Part shown: in pieces, positions 25,783 through 39,997 of the stretch
Numbering within the stretch: position 1 is the first letter of the stretch
Layout: every line of letters starts with the position of its first letter
Source of the DNA: Octopus bimaculoides
Taxonomy: Eukaryota
Reading direction: 5' to 3'
NCBI RefSeq assembly: GCF_001194135.2
Contig: NC_068983.1
Coordinates: 111,078,595-111,142,594, forward strand
Length of the DNA stretch: 64,000 nucleotides
The notes under the pieces: model-generated
Seen by the model: the letters and a program-made list of their open reading frames with translations, nothing else
Told to the model about the DNA's origin: nothing
Databases searched by the model: none
Position numbers and translations under genes: made by a program

Positions 25783-25947
25783 TACGACAGGCTTCTTTCA
25801 GTTTCCGTCTACCAAATCCACTCACAAGGCTTTGGTCGGCCCGAGGCGATAGGAGAAGACACTTGCCCAAGGTGCCACGCAGTGGGATTGAACCCAGAAC
25901 CATCTGGTTGGTAAGCAGGCTACTTACCACACAGCCACTCCAGCGCC
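25517..25947 (-). mobile_element. Family A SINE, full-length copy
   Basis: Reverse complement of the 4199-4613 architecture: head, CORE-like segment, internal (TA)n/(CA)n and tail all present. Confidence 0.9.
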
Positions 25948-26504
25948 TATCTTTACTTATTCACTATGTCTCCATATACTATGTACATTTTCAACTCGAA
26001 ACATGATATTTATCCTGTCTAACCAAATTGTGGAGGAACCTTTTTATGATTAAACGACTTTTTAAAGGTAACTGTAAAATCTCATTTAAATGGTTCTCTT
26101 CTGTTTTAAAAGATGTACTCACTGTAAATGAATAGAAATGAAATAATTATGAAAATTAAACTTGGTGCTGAATTGGTTCTGCACAGTAAAGACGCCAGTC
26201 TTTACAAATAATTTTAAAAGTTAAATAATTGTACATATTGATTAAAGTAAAAAATATATATATTTGGTTATGAGAGGTAAATATCCAATTTACCTTATTA
26301 TGATTCGAAATTATAATTAAAAATTACCACTGTATAATAATTGGTTTCTGCTAATTAATCATTCCGTTTTGCTCAGGGATATTCCGTTTTCTTTTTTCAT
26401 TCCATACACTCCTTCCCTAAATGTATTAATACTAAACTATTGTTAATGTTTCTTACGCATATATTTTCACCAAGCCATTGTTCCGGTTACAGCTGTATAA
26501 CAAC

Positions 26505-26515
26505 AGTAGTAGTGT

Positions 26516-26576
<61 letters not shown>

Positions 26577-26651
26577 TATAATGATAATAATTATTGTTGG
26601 TATTATTATTGTTGTTTTTGTTATTATTATTATTATTATTGTTGTTGTTGT

Positions 26652-26700
<49 letters not shown>
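26505..26700. repeat. Compound microsatellite (GTA)n-(TTA/GTT)n-(TG)n
   Basis: Direct reading. It explains the poly-V, poly-S and poly-T ORFs in the track. Confidence 0.95.
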
Positions 26701-26701
<1 letters not shown>

Positions 26702-27597
26702 GTTCAGTGTTATATGCTACTTTTAAAATGTCTGACATTTTACATTCTCATTAGACTTTTTCACAAAAGTTACTCATTAGGCCTAATATTTTCAGTAGCA
26801 ATAATTGTCAGTAAAAAGCCATAAAACCTTAATTTTTAACAAACTGAATTATATTCATTAAACATGCTTAATATTCTATGAGAAATTCCCTGGAGAATCT
26901 GAGATACCATCTTATTGAGACAATGCATTCAATTTCATCGAATAATAAAAAATAATTTATGCGACAAATTCTATGTTTGTTTAATTCGACAGCAAACATA
27001 GTACACCCTCAGGAGTGAGGATTATTTGAAATGAACTGACAAATATACAGTTGAAATAAAGTTAAGGATTATGAATGCTTTCTGTCGTTTAATGTAGCCT
27101 ATACTTACGCATTGCTTGAGAAAATGTAAGTTCAATCCTTGATTATGGTTTTCTATTAGGATACAAATGGATGTGTCTGCCTTCCTTCAGACTGATAAAT
27201 CATTTCAAAACATTTTCAGTGAGCTTTTTATTCAAAGATGACCCACGGATAGTCTACATGAAGTCAATAAGCAAATACTATATATATATATATACGTTCT
27301 TTTATTTCTAACTGAAATATTTCAACTGTTTAAAGATTAAGTTCATATGTGAAGCTATTTTGCTCATTCATGAAAGGTTTCAGGCTGAAGGAGACATTGA
27401 TAATATAAGCATTACTTATATATCTGGTTGGAAATAGATGTTTGCGTTTTCTTGCCATATGCATTTCCCTATAATCAATGTATTTAAATTTGCGCAACAA
27501 GGAACTATAGACAATTTTGAATTAATTGTAATTTATCTACTTCATTCTTGTATGCAAGACATTCGATTTATTTCGGAGTTTACATAACTTCTTCCTC

Positions 27598-27628
<31 letters not shown>

Positions 27629-28112
27629 CACTAATCATTTTGTTTATTGCCCATCGATATGTCAACTTAATGATTCCAATAACTACATTGACCATGAATG
27701 GCTTCCTCCCATTAAATCGTACATAATATTTTATTAGTCTATTCACTAATTTATTTGCGTAGAATCGGCTACCGCTGCTTACACCTTACCGTCTGATTGC
27801 ACAAGATTTTTCTTATATTATCGTGTGTTTGATGATCACTCTTTAAGAGATGTGAAATCGAAAACAATTTCAAATCATACATTTCATGGAATATTATAAT
27901 GCAGATGTATCCTTTCTCCTAAAGCTTTGCAGTATAAGGAATTCTAGTTTTACTAATTTAAGACGGAAAAATGTTTCGATATCATAATCATTCATCTTAA
28001 TGAATTCGTATTTTTTAAACGTTATTTTAATGACAGACTTGCTTCATTCATACTACTTCATTATTAGACATCAAAGGAACATAATGGCTTACTGTAAAAG
28101 GCAACGATCATC

Positions 28113-28119
<7 letters not shown>

Positions 28120-28186
<67 letters not shown>
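28120..28186. repeat. (GA)n microsatellite
   Basis: Direct reading. Confidence 0.95.
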
Positions 28187-28188
<2 letters not shown>

Positions 28189-30568
28189 ATAGAAACAAAG
28201 TAGTATACTAGTATTTATAGTGAGACTTAAGCATTATTCAACTAATGACTACACTGGAAGCGAGTGTGCTAGTTAGATGTGGCATCTGTCTGAAAAAGCA
28301 AAACTGATACAGTATGCGATTCTTCATAGCAAAACTAGTTGATTAAAAGAATAACTTAATTTTTTTAAATCTATTTTTAGCTTCGAAAAAGTTAATACAG
28401 AGTATTCGTCTGTAATTTGAGTCGATATTTTGTTTTATTTGAAAATGTTACCATACTTAAAATTGGGATTATGATAATTGTTTGAAATGAATTCTATAGT
28501 ATTTCCAATTGGAGTTAATAAGCGAGAGAAGTAAGATGCGAATCAATTATGTATTTCGCATAGCTGCTTGTTTTCGATGAAATAAGGGTTTGTGACAAGC
28601 GCATGAATAAATGACCGAAGTATAGCGTAGTATTTGTTGCAAAAGTTTTAGTTACGCATTGCATATCTAATGTCATTGGTCTAATGAATAAAACATTAAC
28701 AGGACATGCCTTGTCTGTGGAAATTCATGATAAAATATAAAAGAACTAGGACGAAAGAACGGTTACCAATCTTCTCTTAATTACTCCTGCTGTGAATGAC
28801 TTGTTTGTGAAGAGAGTGCTATATTACTGTTATCAACCGTATTGCCAGCAGTCCGTACTGTGAGTAGCTTTTTATATCTAAAAGATAGACTCTTACTAGA
28901 AGCTCCGCATTAAATAACGTACGCCATTCACCGTTAAGTAGTAAATATCTATAGCCTTATTCTAATCGACTAACCATAAGATTAGCCAATTGTAGATTGA
29001 TCATCTATCTTGTGACTCCTCTGTCTTCACGGGTAAATAAATTACTTGCAGACGAATTTCCATGCCTTCTCTGCAATAGATTTTCTCTTTGTTCCGGAAC
29101 ATTTTGATTATAGATTATGCCTAGATAACGAAATATTATCTTTTACTGTGAAAGTTTCATTGTGTTAACCGACAGTTGAAGTCGCCAGGAAGTCGTCACC
29201 CAATGGTAAATATTTTAGAGGGGAAATATACGTATTTTTTGCGTTTAAATTTACAAGTGTTAAGATACACATAAAATCAATTTTGCAACACTTGAAACTC
29301 GTAGGAATTAACTTCTAAGAAGAAAACATATGGTAAGAGACACTATTTGTTATGAAAAATGTCCTTTTTATATGGAAAAGTGATTATGTCCTAAGTTTAT
29401 ATTTCTAATTTCTATGTATATGTTTTATGAAATGTTTTAATACCCTAGATGACGAAATCACATTCAAAATATACAAACTATTCATTTTTGTAAAGAAAAA
29501 TCAAAACTAAATTAGTTTCTTGAGTAAATGGTAAGGAAGTAGTAAAGTTTGTGAGAGAGGGGATGTGTTTCTTTTGTGTAATTTTACATATAACTTTACA
29601 CAAATCGTATCAAAATGAATTTGCAATTGATTAAACTTGATTATTCTCTTTCTGTTTTTGGAATCAATTAGTTTGGAAGTAATCAGTTCTACTGTCATAC
29701 TTTCACTATATCAGAACTTGGGGTAAGGAAGACCCAATGTAGTCATTTTGTTTTATATCTAACAATCTATCTTATACATATGTGCGAAACACTGGCTCTT
29801 AATATAAGAAGCGTCCAATAGGCTGAATACTTTTTCAAATCACGTTGACAGATGCTGAACCTATAATAATTGCTACTGTAAGAAATATTGTTAACCTGTC
29901 ATTGATAAGAAAGTTAATTAATAACATTTTAATTTTAAATGAATAATTTAATCGGTGAGATCAATTAGTAAGAGTCTTGAGAAGCAACTAATTTAATAAT
30001 AGCAATACCTTACCTTATCTAATTTTATTTCCCGGCATACAGATTTTAAATGCATATACATACATATATATATGTATATATATATGTATATATATATATA
30101 NNNNNNNNNNNNNNNNNNNNNNNNNNNNNNNNNNNNNNNNNNNNNNNNNNNNNNNNNNNNNNNNNNNNNNNNNNNNNNNNNNNNNNNNNNNNNNNNNNNN
30201 NNNNNNNNNNNNNNNNNNNNNNNNNNNNNNNNNNNNNNNNNNNNNNNNNNNNNNNNNNNNNNNNNNNNNNNNNNNNNNNNNNNNNNNNNNNNNNNNNNNN
30301 NNNNNNNNNNNNNNNNNNNNNNNNNNNNNNNNNNNNNNNNNNNNNNNNNNNNNNNNNNNNNNNNNNNNNNNNNNNNNNNNNNNNNNNNNNNNNNNNNNNN
30401 NNNNNNNNNNNNNNNNNNNNNNNNNNNNNNNNNNNNNNNNNNNNNNNNNNNNNNNNNNNNNNNNNNNNNNNNNNNNNNNNNNNNNNNNNNNNNNNNNNNN
30501 NNNNNNNNNNNNNNNNNNNNNNNATATATATATATATATATATATATTTGTATATATAAATATTTGTT

Positions 30569-30611
<43 letters not shown>

Positions 30612-32649
30612 CAGATATGTTTACACTTCTTATCGACTAAAAAGACATATCCTTCCGGAAATTAGAAAGTAAAAATCCATTTATGGAAGATGAAATAGAT
30701 TGTGAGATATTGGAGGAAAATGATTATTTTTAGCTCCTTGTTTCAGGCAACTAATGAAGAATATTTTTCCTGATCGTGTGTAAACCAATATATGCATTAT
30801 TCAACGTCATTTTATCTTTTAATATAATTTAAGGAGTCATTTGTATTCCATATTAAAATGTTGTTACACAATTAAACTAAAATTTATATACGATTGCCCA
30901 CTTAATCTTTAATGATATGCTTACGATATTCGTGTACAGATGCAATTATAATCCTTAATAAAATTGTTAATAAGAAAGAGCTAATATAACAGCTCAAGTT
31001 GATGTATGTGTGGAGAAAGCTGTCAGTATTCTAATAGAAATCTTATACACTTAGGTCATGTTTAAGCACCGACGTCGTACTAAATGTGTTATTCAATCTA
31101 CATTTACCAGTTGAATAATAGTGAACTTAATATCCCAACTAGTTAATATCAGTCCGTGTCTATAAGCTAAATGTGAATCACTGAAAGCATTTCCCTTCAC
31201 TTGCACCATAAATATACATGAAGACCTGACTTTATTACAAATATACAGACTACATTACAAATGCTGCTGATATACTTGTGAAACATTTATTGTCTGAAGG
31301 AATTATCTCATTTACCTCCAGCTTAAACGTCTTGTCTCAATACTGTTAATTCCTTAGAATGTAGAAGCGGACAGAAGTCAACATTATTGGAACGCCGACG
31401 GTACTCGTCTAATAAAATACAACTAAAATATCACCGCATAGACCTATCGACTCTACCCTTATGCACATCTTAAGCAATCCTAGAAATTCTCATTATTAAC
31501 TAACACACGGATAACACGGATTAAAACCATGAAATACTTATAAATCTAAAAAATAGAATACGCGATTACTTCAACAAATCAGATGTCACGTCTTTAAAAG
31601 ACGCAAAACTTTCGAAATGTTGTGAACCTGCAATTTCTCCAGTTATTTTAAACTTATATCTTATTGCATTTTTACACAAAATAAACAATCTCATTTCTGT
31701 AAGACATTCTCATTACCCGACGTTTCAAGCGACAACTGCACGACAATTGCAACTCTACATCAATCACATACAAACTACAAATGAATAACTATGCACTTTA
31801 AGGAGCACCTACTCAATTGGGTATCACTCTGATAAACAACACAAGGAACATCAAAAGCATCCAACCTTCACTCAACAACATAAGCATGGCACTCTAACAG
31901 AAAAGAAAAGTACTAGAAATTGCATATAACCGATCTTCCATATTCACAACACAGAAAGAAGTCATAATATAAAAAGTAAACAGGGATATAAACACATGTA
32001 GAGGAGTTACAGTAACCTAAGATTTTTTACTTAAATAAACTCCAGATGTAAACCAGATACAAACAGGAAATATCTGCACGCAAAAGTAACTTCCATAACC
32101 GTATTTTCGTCATACACTGCTTAAAGAAGCACATCATCAGTAATATGGGCAACGGAACAAAAAATGTTCCATTATGACTATGTTCACCTAAACCCCTTCC
32201 CCTTAAGCTAAATTCCAAATCTACGTATGTAAAGAAACAGACAAGATATTGGAGAGAGTATAACATGCTCTGCCTATTGCATTACACTCCATTCGATTCA
32301 TCACTTCGTGCGCATTGCGTTCTACAGTAAGGTACACTATGGTATATATGGATTGGTAAATGTTTAGTGGAATCATTAAAACGTTGGACAGATTGCTTTG
32401 TGGTAATCGTTCTGGTTTTCCAACCATTAAGTTCAAATCTTGCTTAGGTAAATTTTGGCCTTCATTCTTTCGCGATCAACAACTAAAATCCAATAAATGT
32501 ACTAGGGCCGTTTCTTCTTTTTCGTTGCATTTGATTTTTCTGTCTTTTGGAAGAAGTCGATTGTGGTCAGACTTAGAGTGTGATGGTCTCTACGAGGTCT
32601 AATAATAACAAATACATGACATATATCAAAACGGCATAACTACGCCTCT

Positions 32650-34200
32650 ATCAAGGAGTTGAGAGGCCAATGTAAAGCAGGTTTATATGGAACAACAGAT
32701 GAGATGGGCTCGCAATTAATAGTTCTCTGTATTATAGACCTGCTCAACTTGAGCTGAATCTATATAACAATGACAGGCAAGAAAAACGAATACAATCTTA
32801 GTCGAAATGCTTTAGAAATGCTTTTTAAATATCAGTTAAATGAAAGCAAGAATAGAAGTTCAAGTTTAGACTAGATCATCAAAACTTTTGGTTTTGTTAT
32901 TATCTTGAGTAAAATTGTCCACTACATTCAGGTTGAACTTGTTAAAGAACAGTAAAAGATTGAACAACCATAATGTTGAGCACCATTATTGTACATACTG
33001 AATGTATTCACTGTAAAATTTATGTTGAACATCATCATTCAATGGATTCCAATAACCGGTTGCATATCTTATGAATAAATATATGGAGACGTATCCATAT
33101 TTATTTGGTCTCAGTTTGAAATTAAGTCCACCAAGTCTATTTAGCAGATTGAAATATCAATTGAACAGGCCAGAGGCTGTTCCATAATTATTTCAGTATT
33201 TATCAGTATTGGCACAACTTCTTTCTCCCAAACTGCCGATAATAGTTGTGGGTGACAACTTACTAAAATCTACACAGGACATGAAATTGATATAGCTTAT
33301 TTACATAGTCGAACAAAAATTTGATAGCCAGGCAAAATTTTCGAGGGTGCCAACACAGTGTCAATTATGTATAAATAAATCTAGGGATTTATAACCATAT
33401 GTTGTGCTCTATTGCATTACAGTACTGTATCCAACACGCTTGTAATCTTCATTCCAATAATAATAATGATTGTTGAAGTAAAATTGAATGCTATATCAGT
33501 TTGATCAGCTGCGAAGAATCTCAAACACGAATTTCGGTTCTCGTTGTGGAATCACTAGAGTGTTAATCTGACGTAATTCAAAAATACTTCATATCCAAGA
33601 ACGTATTAGATTGAGAGTAAAATGTCAAACATACACTGCTTATGTTATCTTCTATAGCAGTTATGGCGATTTCTCCCTGTAATCTAATGTTAATCTGGAT
33701 ATACAAGATATGAAAATATGAGTTGTCTCGCCGTTGGCTTTTCATGTCTTTATATAACAATTTCAACTTTGCAGAAAATCATCGAGACACCTATTTTGTA
33801 TGGTGTTATAATTCCTTGCACATCAATAAACTCTTGTAAGAACGTCAAATCGATGCAAGGACATGATTGATACTTTATTGTATCGGCCTAACAGAAGAAC
33901 GGCAAAGCAGGCCCCACTCAATTGAAACTTAGAAGGTATAAACATCGTACAGGCATGGCGCATATTTGAATTATATAAAATTAGGTGTTTCATATCTGTG
34001 AGTAAAGTGCGTTGAGTATGTTCGTAGCGCTGCCCAGTTAACTGTCGGAAAGCCTTGGGATCTTGAATCATAAGTCGTACCAGAACGTTTAAGCGGCTAT
34101 AGCTTACAGGATGTATGATGGCAAATTCATTTCTTAAGGACTTATAACTCAAATAAATCAAAATCTCCATGCTTGATCCCCTGTCGTACCATGTAAACAC
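32650..34200 (-). mobile_element. Probable highly decayed Penelope-like reverse transcriptase
   Basis: Scattered minus-strand motifs in the expected order: TFWYDL*FKIPRLS (cf. FYGLPKIHK), FIDVQGIITPY, CMFDILLSI*Y (cf. SFDV.SLYTNIP), IPQREPKFVFEILRS…FYFNNHYY (cf. F.FNNK.Y.Q). Many stops, by-eye alignment only. Confidence 0.35.
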
Positions 34201-34529
34201 GATAATGTGGTCATAAAAGGGAAGAGAAAATACGAAAGGTTGTTAATTTATCGTGATTCCTAGTAACCGAGCGTGCGATATAAGCCAAGATAGTAAACTG
34301 CCAGGACAATTTTCCGTAACGCAAACAACACGAGTCACATGAAGATTATAGGATCTGGTTGTTAATTTTTTTCCTTTTTTTTTGTCTTGGCACCCACATA
34401 AATGAACACGACTAAAGTTTCTTTTCAGATTTAATTAGTAAAACATCTCTATTTATTGTTATCACCAGCTAAAAGAAAAAAAAACAGAAATTACATAACA
34501 TTAATAAGACAGGTTGTAATTAATGAGGT

Positions 34530-35500
34530 GGTGTCAGATGTAACAATTTTCCCCGAGTGCGGGGTACCTTGTGACACTTACTGGTGTACTTTGTTACAAC
34601 TGTCAATATCTCGGAATTATGTTCACAAACAATTTTAAGATGAACGTCTCCTGCTTATTGCATCTAGGAAGTATTATTTTAATTAATTAATTGTGCTTTA
34701 AACCTACTCATATCCTAACTGTGATACCGAGAGTCCTCATCAGCCAATTCCCTCATTGTTACATGTGCCATCTAGTCGGAGTCGTCCTGGTACAGTTAGT
34801 GTGTGCCCAGTCTTCAGAGATCATGCATTGCATACATTCTTCACCTGGAAGGGAGTCAGAATACCAATCTGAGCAGACAAGGCATTTCCAATCGGCGACT
34901 TGCTTGCTGCGAGGCTGCTTCCATGATTTCGGTTCGTTTATTTCATCCACTATGCGCTGTTTTACGGCAACATCCCGTAATGATTTCTTTTCATCCACAA
35001 CTTTCTGGCGGCTCTTTCCATGACATCAGGAGAGATATTCCTCCTTGTAGTCTTCCTTTTGTAATTTCAAGACATGGCGTGTTAAACTGAAATAGAAGGG
35101 CTAAGTTGTTAATAACAACTTGTTACATCTCCGGAGTAAGTTGATACACTGTAACAATTAGGCCCGACCATGGATTTCTGGGGATTACCTCGTACACAGC
35201 ACTAGCAATGCATGGCATCCAGGACACTCCTTCACGTATCGAAGGCAACATCCAATACTTCCTAATGAACCACAAACTACTTCAGTAACACCACTTGTGA
35301 TTTAGTAGTTAAGGAAATAACTTTGTGGCAAAATTTTACTTTTCGATCCATAACTTTTCTGGTGACAGCCCGCCAGTGCAATACACATGTGCTATAGAGT
35401 TGGCCTTTACCAGGTAGAGATCCGAGTGCCACCTATTTCTTGAAGCTGGAAACAACGGGCTTGTAACAACTTACCCGTGTAACAACTAGAACGTTTGCCC
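34530..35500 (-). mobile_element. pogo-like non-autonomous DNA transposon retaining a C-terminal PHD-like Cys/His module
   Basis: Minus ORF 34759-34998 contains CLVCSDWYSDSLPGEECMQCMISEDWAHTNC. The motif TGTAACAACTTACCC / GGGTAAGTTGTTACA recurs in both orientations (~34538, 34561, 35134, 35149, 35462). Exact termini unresolved. Confidence 0.55.
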
Positions 35501-36940
35501 TAAGCAAAATATTGCATGTTTTTGAATAAAGATATATTTCTCTCAGTATTTTCTTAATGAAATGCATGAGTAGCTGTCTTTAGGGATTATTTTCTGAATT
35601 AGAGTATTTTTTCCAACTGTTAAAAATAGTAACAGAAATTATATATCTATATATAAAGGTATGAGGCCAACAAACACACTTTCCCGCACACACAAATGCA
35701 CACGCACGCACACTTATATATTTACATATACATATATACATACACACACACATGCAGGTACGCACGCACATACAATCTCTCTCACACACACATATATACA
35801 TACATACATACATAAATACACGCACACACAATCTCTCTCACACATACATACATACATACATACATACATACATACATACACAGGCACACAGAGATTGACA
35901 CGAATAGCTCAAATATTTGTGATTGACGTATACAAGAATTTTGAGGAAAACACTCACGGAAAATAATAAAGACACTGAAAACGGAAGTGGTTTTGAATGT
36001 TATTACCATTCATGTAGTGTCTCAAAAGACGTAATATCAGTTTCCTTCTACCGATATGCATCACGTTGTGTGGAGTTGCTTTGATTACTTTTTGCAATCG
36101 CTTCAATACAAGCGCGCTTATACATACACACATTCACTTAAATGCTCACAGAATCACCGAAACGCCAACCGTAATTCAGACACACATACATACACACACA
36201 TGCACTCATACACAAGCATACAGGGACATATTTATGGTGTGAGAAACAGCAAGAAAGAGAGACGAAAAAACAAACTCTGTGTGTGTAAGTATATAATGAC
36301 TATTGACATTCTTTGCCGCTACAATACTGTTAGACCGTAAAACCAGGATTGATTACTTCAATCCACCAATGTCTTTGGATTTAGATTCATATCTCTCTCA
36401 AGTCAATACTGTTGGTGGCACATTAATGAATATTTCTCATCACCAGTGATCAAACAATCGGCTTAGTGTGAAATAGTTATTCGGTATGCTTGCTTACACA
36501 CATAAACACACATACACAAAGAAGACACTCACACAAAAACACACAAACATAGACACAAACATAACAAAACGTAGACACACATAAACCGCCACACATGTAT
36601 ATGTGCGTGTGTATTGTTGTAGTTGGTTTTACATGAATGTATGTGGATACAATTACGGCTGAGCGGAAAGGGATTTAACTGAGCAATTTTAAGGTGTTGG
36701 TTTAGACCGACAATATAACATACTTGACGAGTGATTTTTTTCTACAACACCGAATCAGTTGAAGTCTTGTAAGGGCAGCTGCATGAGTGGAAACTGTACG
36801 TATGCCAGTCAGATTAATTATGACTGTAGCTTTAAGTTACTACCATGACAAAGGCTGTGTCTTGCTGGTTCTATTTAAAGATTACATTCATAATACATGT
36901 AGCTGTTCATTAATTGCATGCAGTAGAATGTGATGTCTTC

Positions 36941-37139
36941 TATTATAAGGACAAGGCCTGAAATTTTTGGGGAGGGACTAAATGATTATATCATCCCCAA
37001 TATGCAACTGGTACTTATTTTATTGACCCCGAAAGGATGGAAGGCAAAGTCGACCACAGAGAAATTTGAACTCAGAATAGATGAAATGCCGCTAAGCATT
37101 TTGCCCGGCGTGCTAACGATTCTGTCAGCTCACCACCTC
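36941..37139 (-). mobile_element. tRNA-derived SINE family B (Nin-domain-like)
   Basis: Minus strand: GGTGGTGAGCTGACAGAATCGTTAGCACGCCGGGCAAAATGCTTAGCGGCATTTC…GAGTTCAAATT…GTCGACTTTGCCTTCCATCCTTTCGGGGTCAATAAAATAAGTACCAG…AAATTTCAGGCCTTGTCC. Confidence 0.8.
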
Positions 37140-37990
37140 AGACAGTATAATATAATGAGTAAGTAACTCCTCGTCTAAACCGCTGAAGTATATGTTTTCT
37201 TCACACACACACACACACACACATACATATGTATATAAATCGCCCCCACGCACACATACTCCACACACACATACTCCACATACACATACTCCACACACAC
37301 AAAGTCACATGTGTGAATATGTGCACACACGCACAAAAATACACATGCGCAAACATGCGCATACACACACAGGCACACACATACATATAACCATCTGTGT
37401 ATCATACTAAATATATATCAATTGCTCAAAGGCATAATGTTGTGTTTTTGTCTGATAGAATTTCTCCTCTTACATGTTGCGATCACGAGAATGACAAACA
37501 TGATCCCCACTTCCTGGGGTTTGACAATTCAGTGAACCTTACACGAATTTCGTGCGTCACTATATTCATTGATAATGCAGAAAACTCGCGGAGCTGTAAA
37601 AAAACACAGCGTACGCAATTGAAAGAACATTAAATTAAGTTCGCTCTTTCTGTGTCATAGTAAACGCATGTAAATCGTTGAAAGGCATGGGTCTGTGTTA
37701 TTTTCTGAGATAAAAGCCTCTTCATTTACTTGTGTGAAAATCAAAATACATATCGTCCTGGGTATTGTTGGGTTTGTGAGTCTCTACCCTGATATATTTT
37801 GTGTTAGTAACAAAAATTTCTAGGAAGCAGTTTTCTGTCAGACACTATACATATGTGTGTGTAATATTATTATTTAATACAATTCAGTTTCTTGCTACTT
37901 CAAGTGTTGCGGGCCCCTAAGGAGAGCCCGAAACATTCAAGCTTTTGGATTGCCAAATGGAGAGACACAGCAAGTCCAAGATGGCTACTG

Positions 37991-38207
37991 AAAGATTACA
38001 TTCATAATACATGTAGCTGTTCATTAATTGCATGCAATAGAATGTGATGTCTTGTATTATAAGGACAAGGCCTGAAATTTTGGGGGAGGGACTAGATGAT
38101 TATATCATCCCCAATATGCAACTGGTACTTATTTTATTGACCCCGAAAGGATGATTGGCAAAGTCGACCACAGAGGAATTTGAACTCAGAATAGATGAAA
38201 TGCCGCT
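37991..38207. repeat. 217 bp direct duplication of 36877-37093
   Basis: Same length, about 8 substitutions by eye. It includes non-SINE flank plus the 3' part of the family B SINE. Confidence 0.9.
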
Positions 38208-38419
38208 GTTACATGGTTTTGTAAAGAATATTATCAACTCCTTAGCAACAACAGTTCCATCAAAAGAGGGAATTTCTTTGGCCGCGTGATTGGATAGGAA
38301 ACTGGCGGTGTCGATGTGTCTTGATATGAGTGTATGTATGAATATGTATGTGTCTGTGTGTATGTGTGTGTGTATTTGTGTGTATACTCGCGTATACACA
38401 CACACACACACACATACAC

Positions 38420-38468
<49 letters not shown>

Positions 38469-39216
38469 AACACATATGCATATGCGAGGTGTTCGAATGC
38501 GTGAATGTGAGTATGTTACTGGTTGTATAAGTGTCTTTCTGTGCATATATTTGTATTTGCGTGTGTGTGTTGGTTGCTGGTATATTGGTATGTCATTAGC
38601 TATTTGTGAGTGCATGTGTGTTAGTACCCTCCAATGTAAATATTCATACATACATATACAGGAAAATATATTCTAACTGATTGATACAGAAGACAGATTG
38701 TATTGGAAACTTTATTTATCGCAACGATCGTTTTTGCATGCTTCTGTGCTGCTTCCTCATGGCAGGGGAACGATATAATGGAATCCAATGCCCCACCCTA
38801 CCACAGTGCAGAAGAAGCCCTATCAGGAAACATAAGTGGCTTTTATATTATAAAGTTTACATTTCTCTCATAGGTGTAGCTGGATGATGTTGTTATTATT
38901 GGTGTGTTGGTAGCATGCCGAAACGATCGTTGTGATAAATAAAGTTTCCAAGACACTCTTTCTTCCGTGTCAGTCATTTAGAATGTACTTAACATGTACC
39001 GAGGAATTCCTAACGTAGATACAACGACCAAACTTCATTTACCGCGGATGAAGTCTGGTAGCCGTAAGTGGTGAACGTGCTCTGACAGCACGCTACTAAG
39101 GACCTACCCAAAATAAGGTTTCGATGATAAATTGAAAACATTCATATCTAAACTTTAATTTTAATTACAACTTACATAGAAATAGAAATATGCATGCATG
39201 TATGCATGTGTATGTA

Positions 39217-39255
<39 letters not shown>

Positions 39256-39964
39256 ATATCTATCTATCTATCAATCTATCTATCTATCTATCAATCTATC
39301 TATCTATCTATCTATCTATATATATATATATATATATNNNNNNNNNNNNNNNNNNNNNNNNNNNNNNNNNNNNNNNNNNNNNNNNNNNNNNNNNNNNNNN
39401 NNNNNNNNNNNNNNNNNNNNNNNNNNNNNNNNNNNNNNNNNNNNNNNNNNNNNNNNNNNNNNNNNNNNNNNNNNNNNNNNNNNNNNNNNNNNNNNNNNNN
39501 NNNNNNNNNNNNNNNNNNNNNNNNNNNNNNNNNNNNNNNNNNNNNNNNNNNNNNNNNNNNNNNNNNNNNNNNNNNNNNNNNNNNNNNNNNNNNNNNNNNN
39601 NNNNNNNNNNNNNNNNNNNNNNNNNNNNNNNNNNNNNNNNNNNNNNNNNNNNNNNNNNNNNNNNNNNNNNNNNNNNNNNNNNNNNNNNNNNNNNNNNNNN
39701 NNNNNNNNNNNNNNNNNNNNNNNNNNNNNNNNNNNNNNNNNNNNNNNNNNNNNNNNNNNNNNNNNNNNNNNNNNNNNNNNNNNNNNNNNNNNNNNNNNNN
39801 NNNNNNNNNNNNNNNNNNNNNNNNNNNNNNNNNNNNNNNNNNNNNNNNNNNNNNNNNNNNNNNNNNNNNNNNNNNNNNNNNNNNNNNNNNNNNNNNNNNN
39901 NNNNNNNNNNNNNNNNNNNNNNNNNNNNNNNNNNNNNNNNNNNNNNNNNNNNNNNNNNNNNNNN

Positions 39965-39997
<33 letters not shown>

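Noticed and set aside
29176-29205. 30-nt plus-strand micro-exon candidate (EVARKSSPN)
   Set aside because: The splice signals are plausible, but there is no homology or partner exon. Expected by chance.
32700-33850. Plus-strand reading as a decayed single-exon GPCR (hydrophobic runs, SIEQARGC, TPILYG)
   Set aside because: It needs many stops and frameshifts, hydrophobic runs are expected on the antisense of AT-rich coding DNA, and the minus strand fits Penelope RT motifs better. A profile-HMM search of both strands would settle it.
38875-38935. CTGGATGATG…CCGAAACGATCGTTG hammerhead-like string
   Set aside because: The core has an insertion, and stems I and II do not pair.
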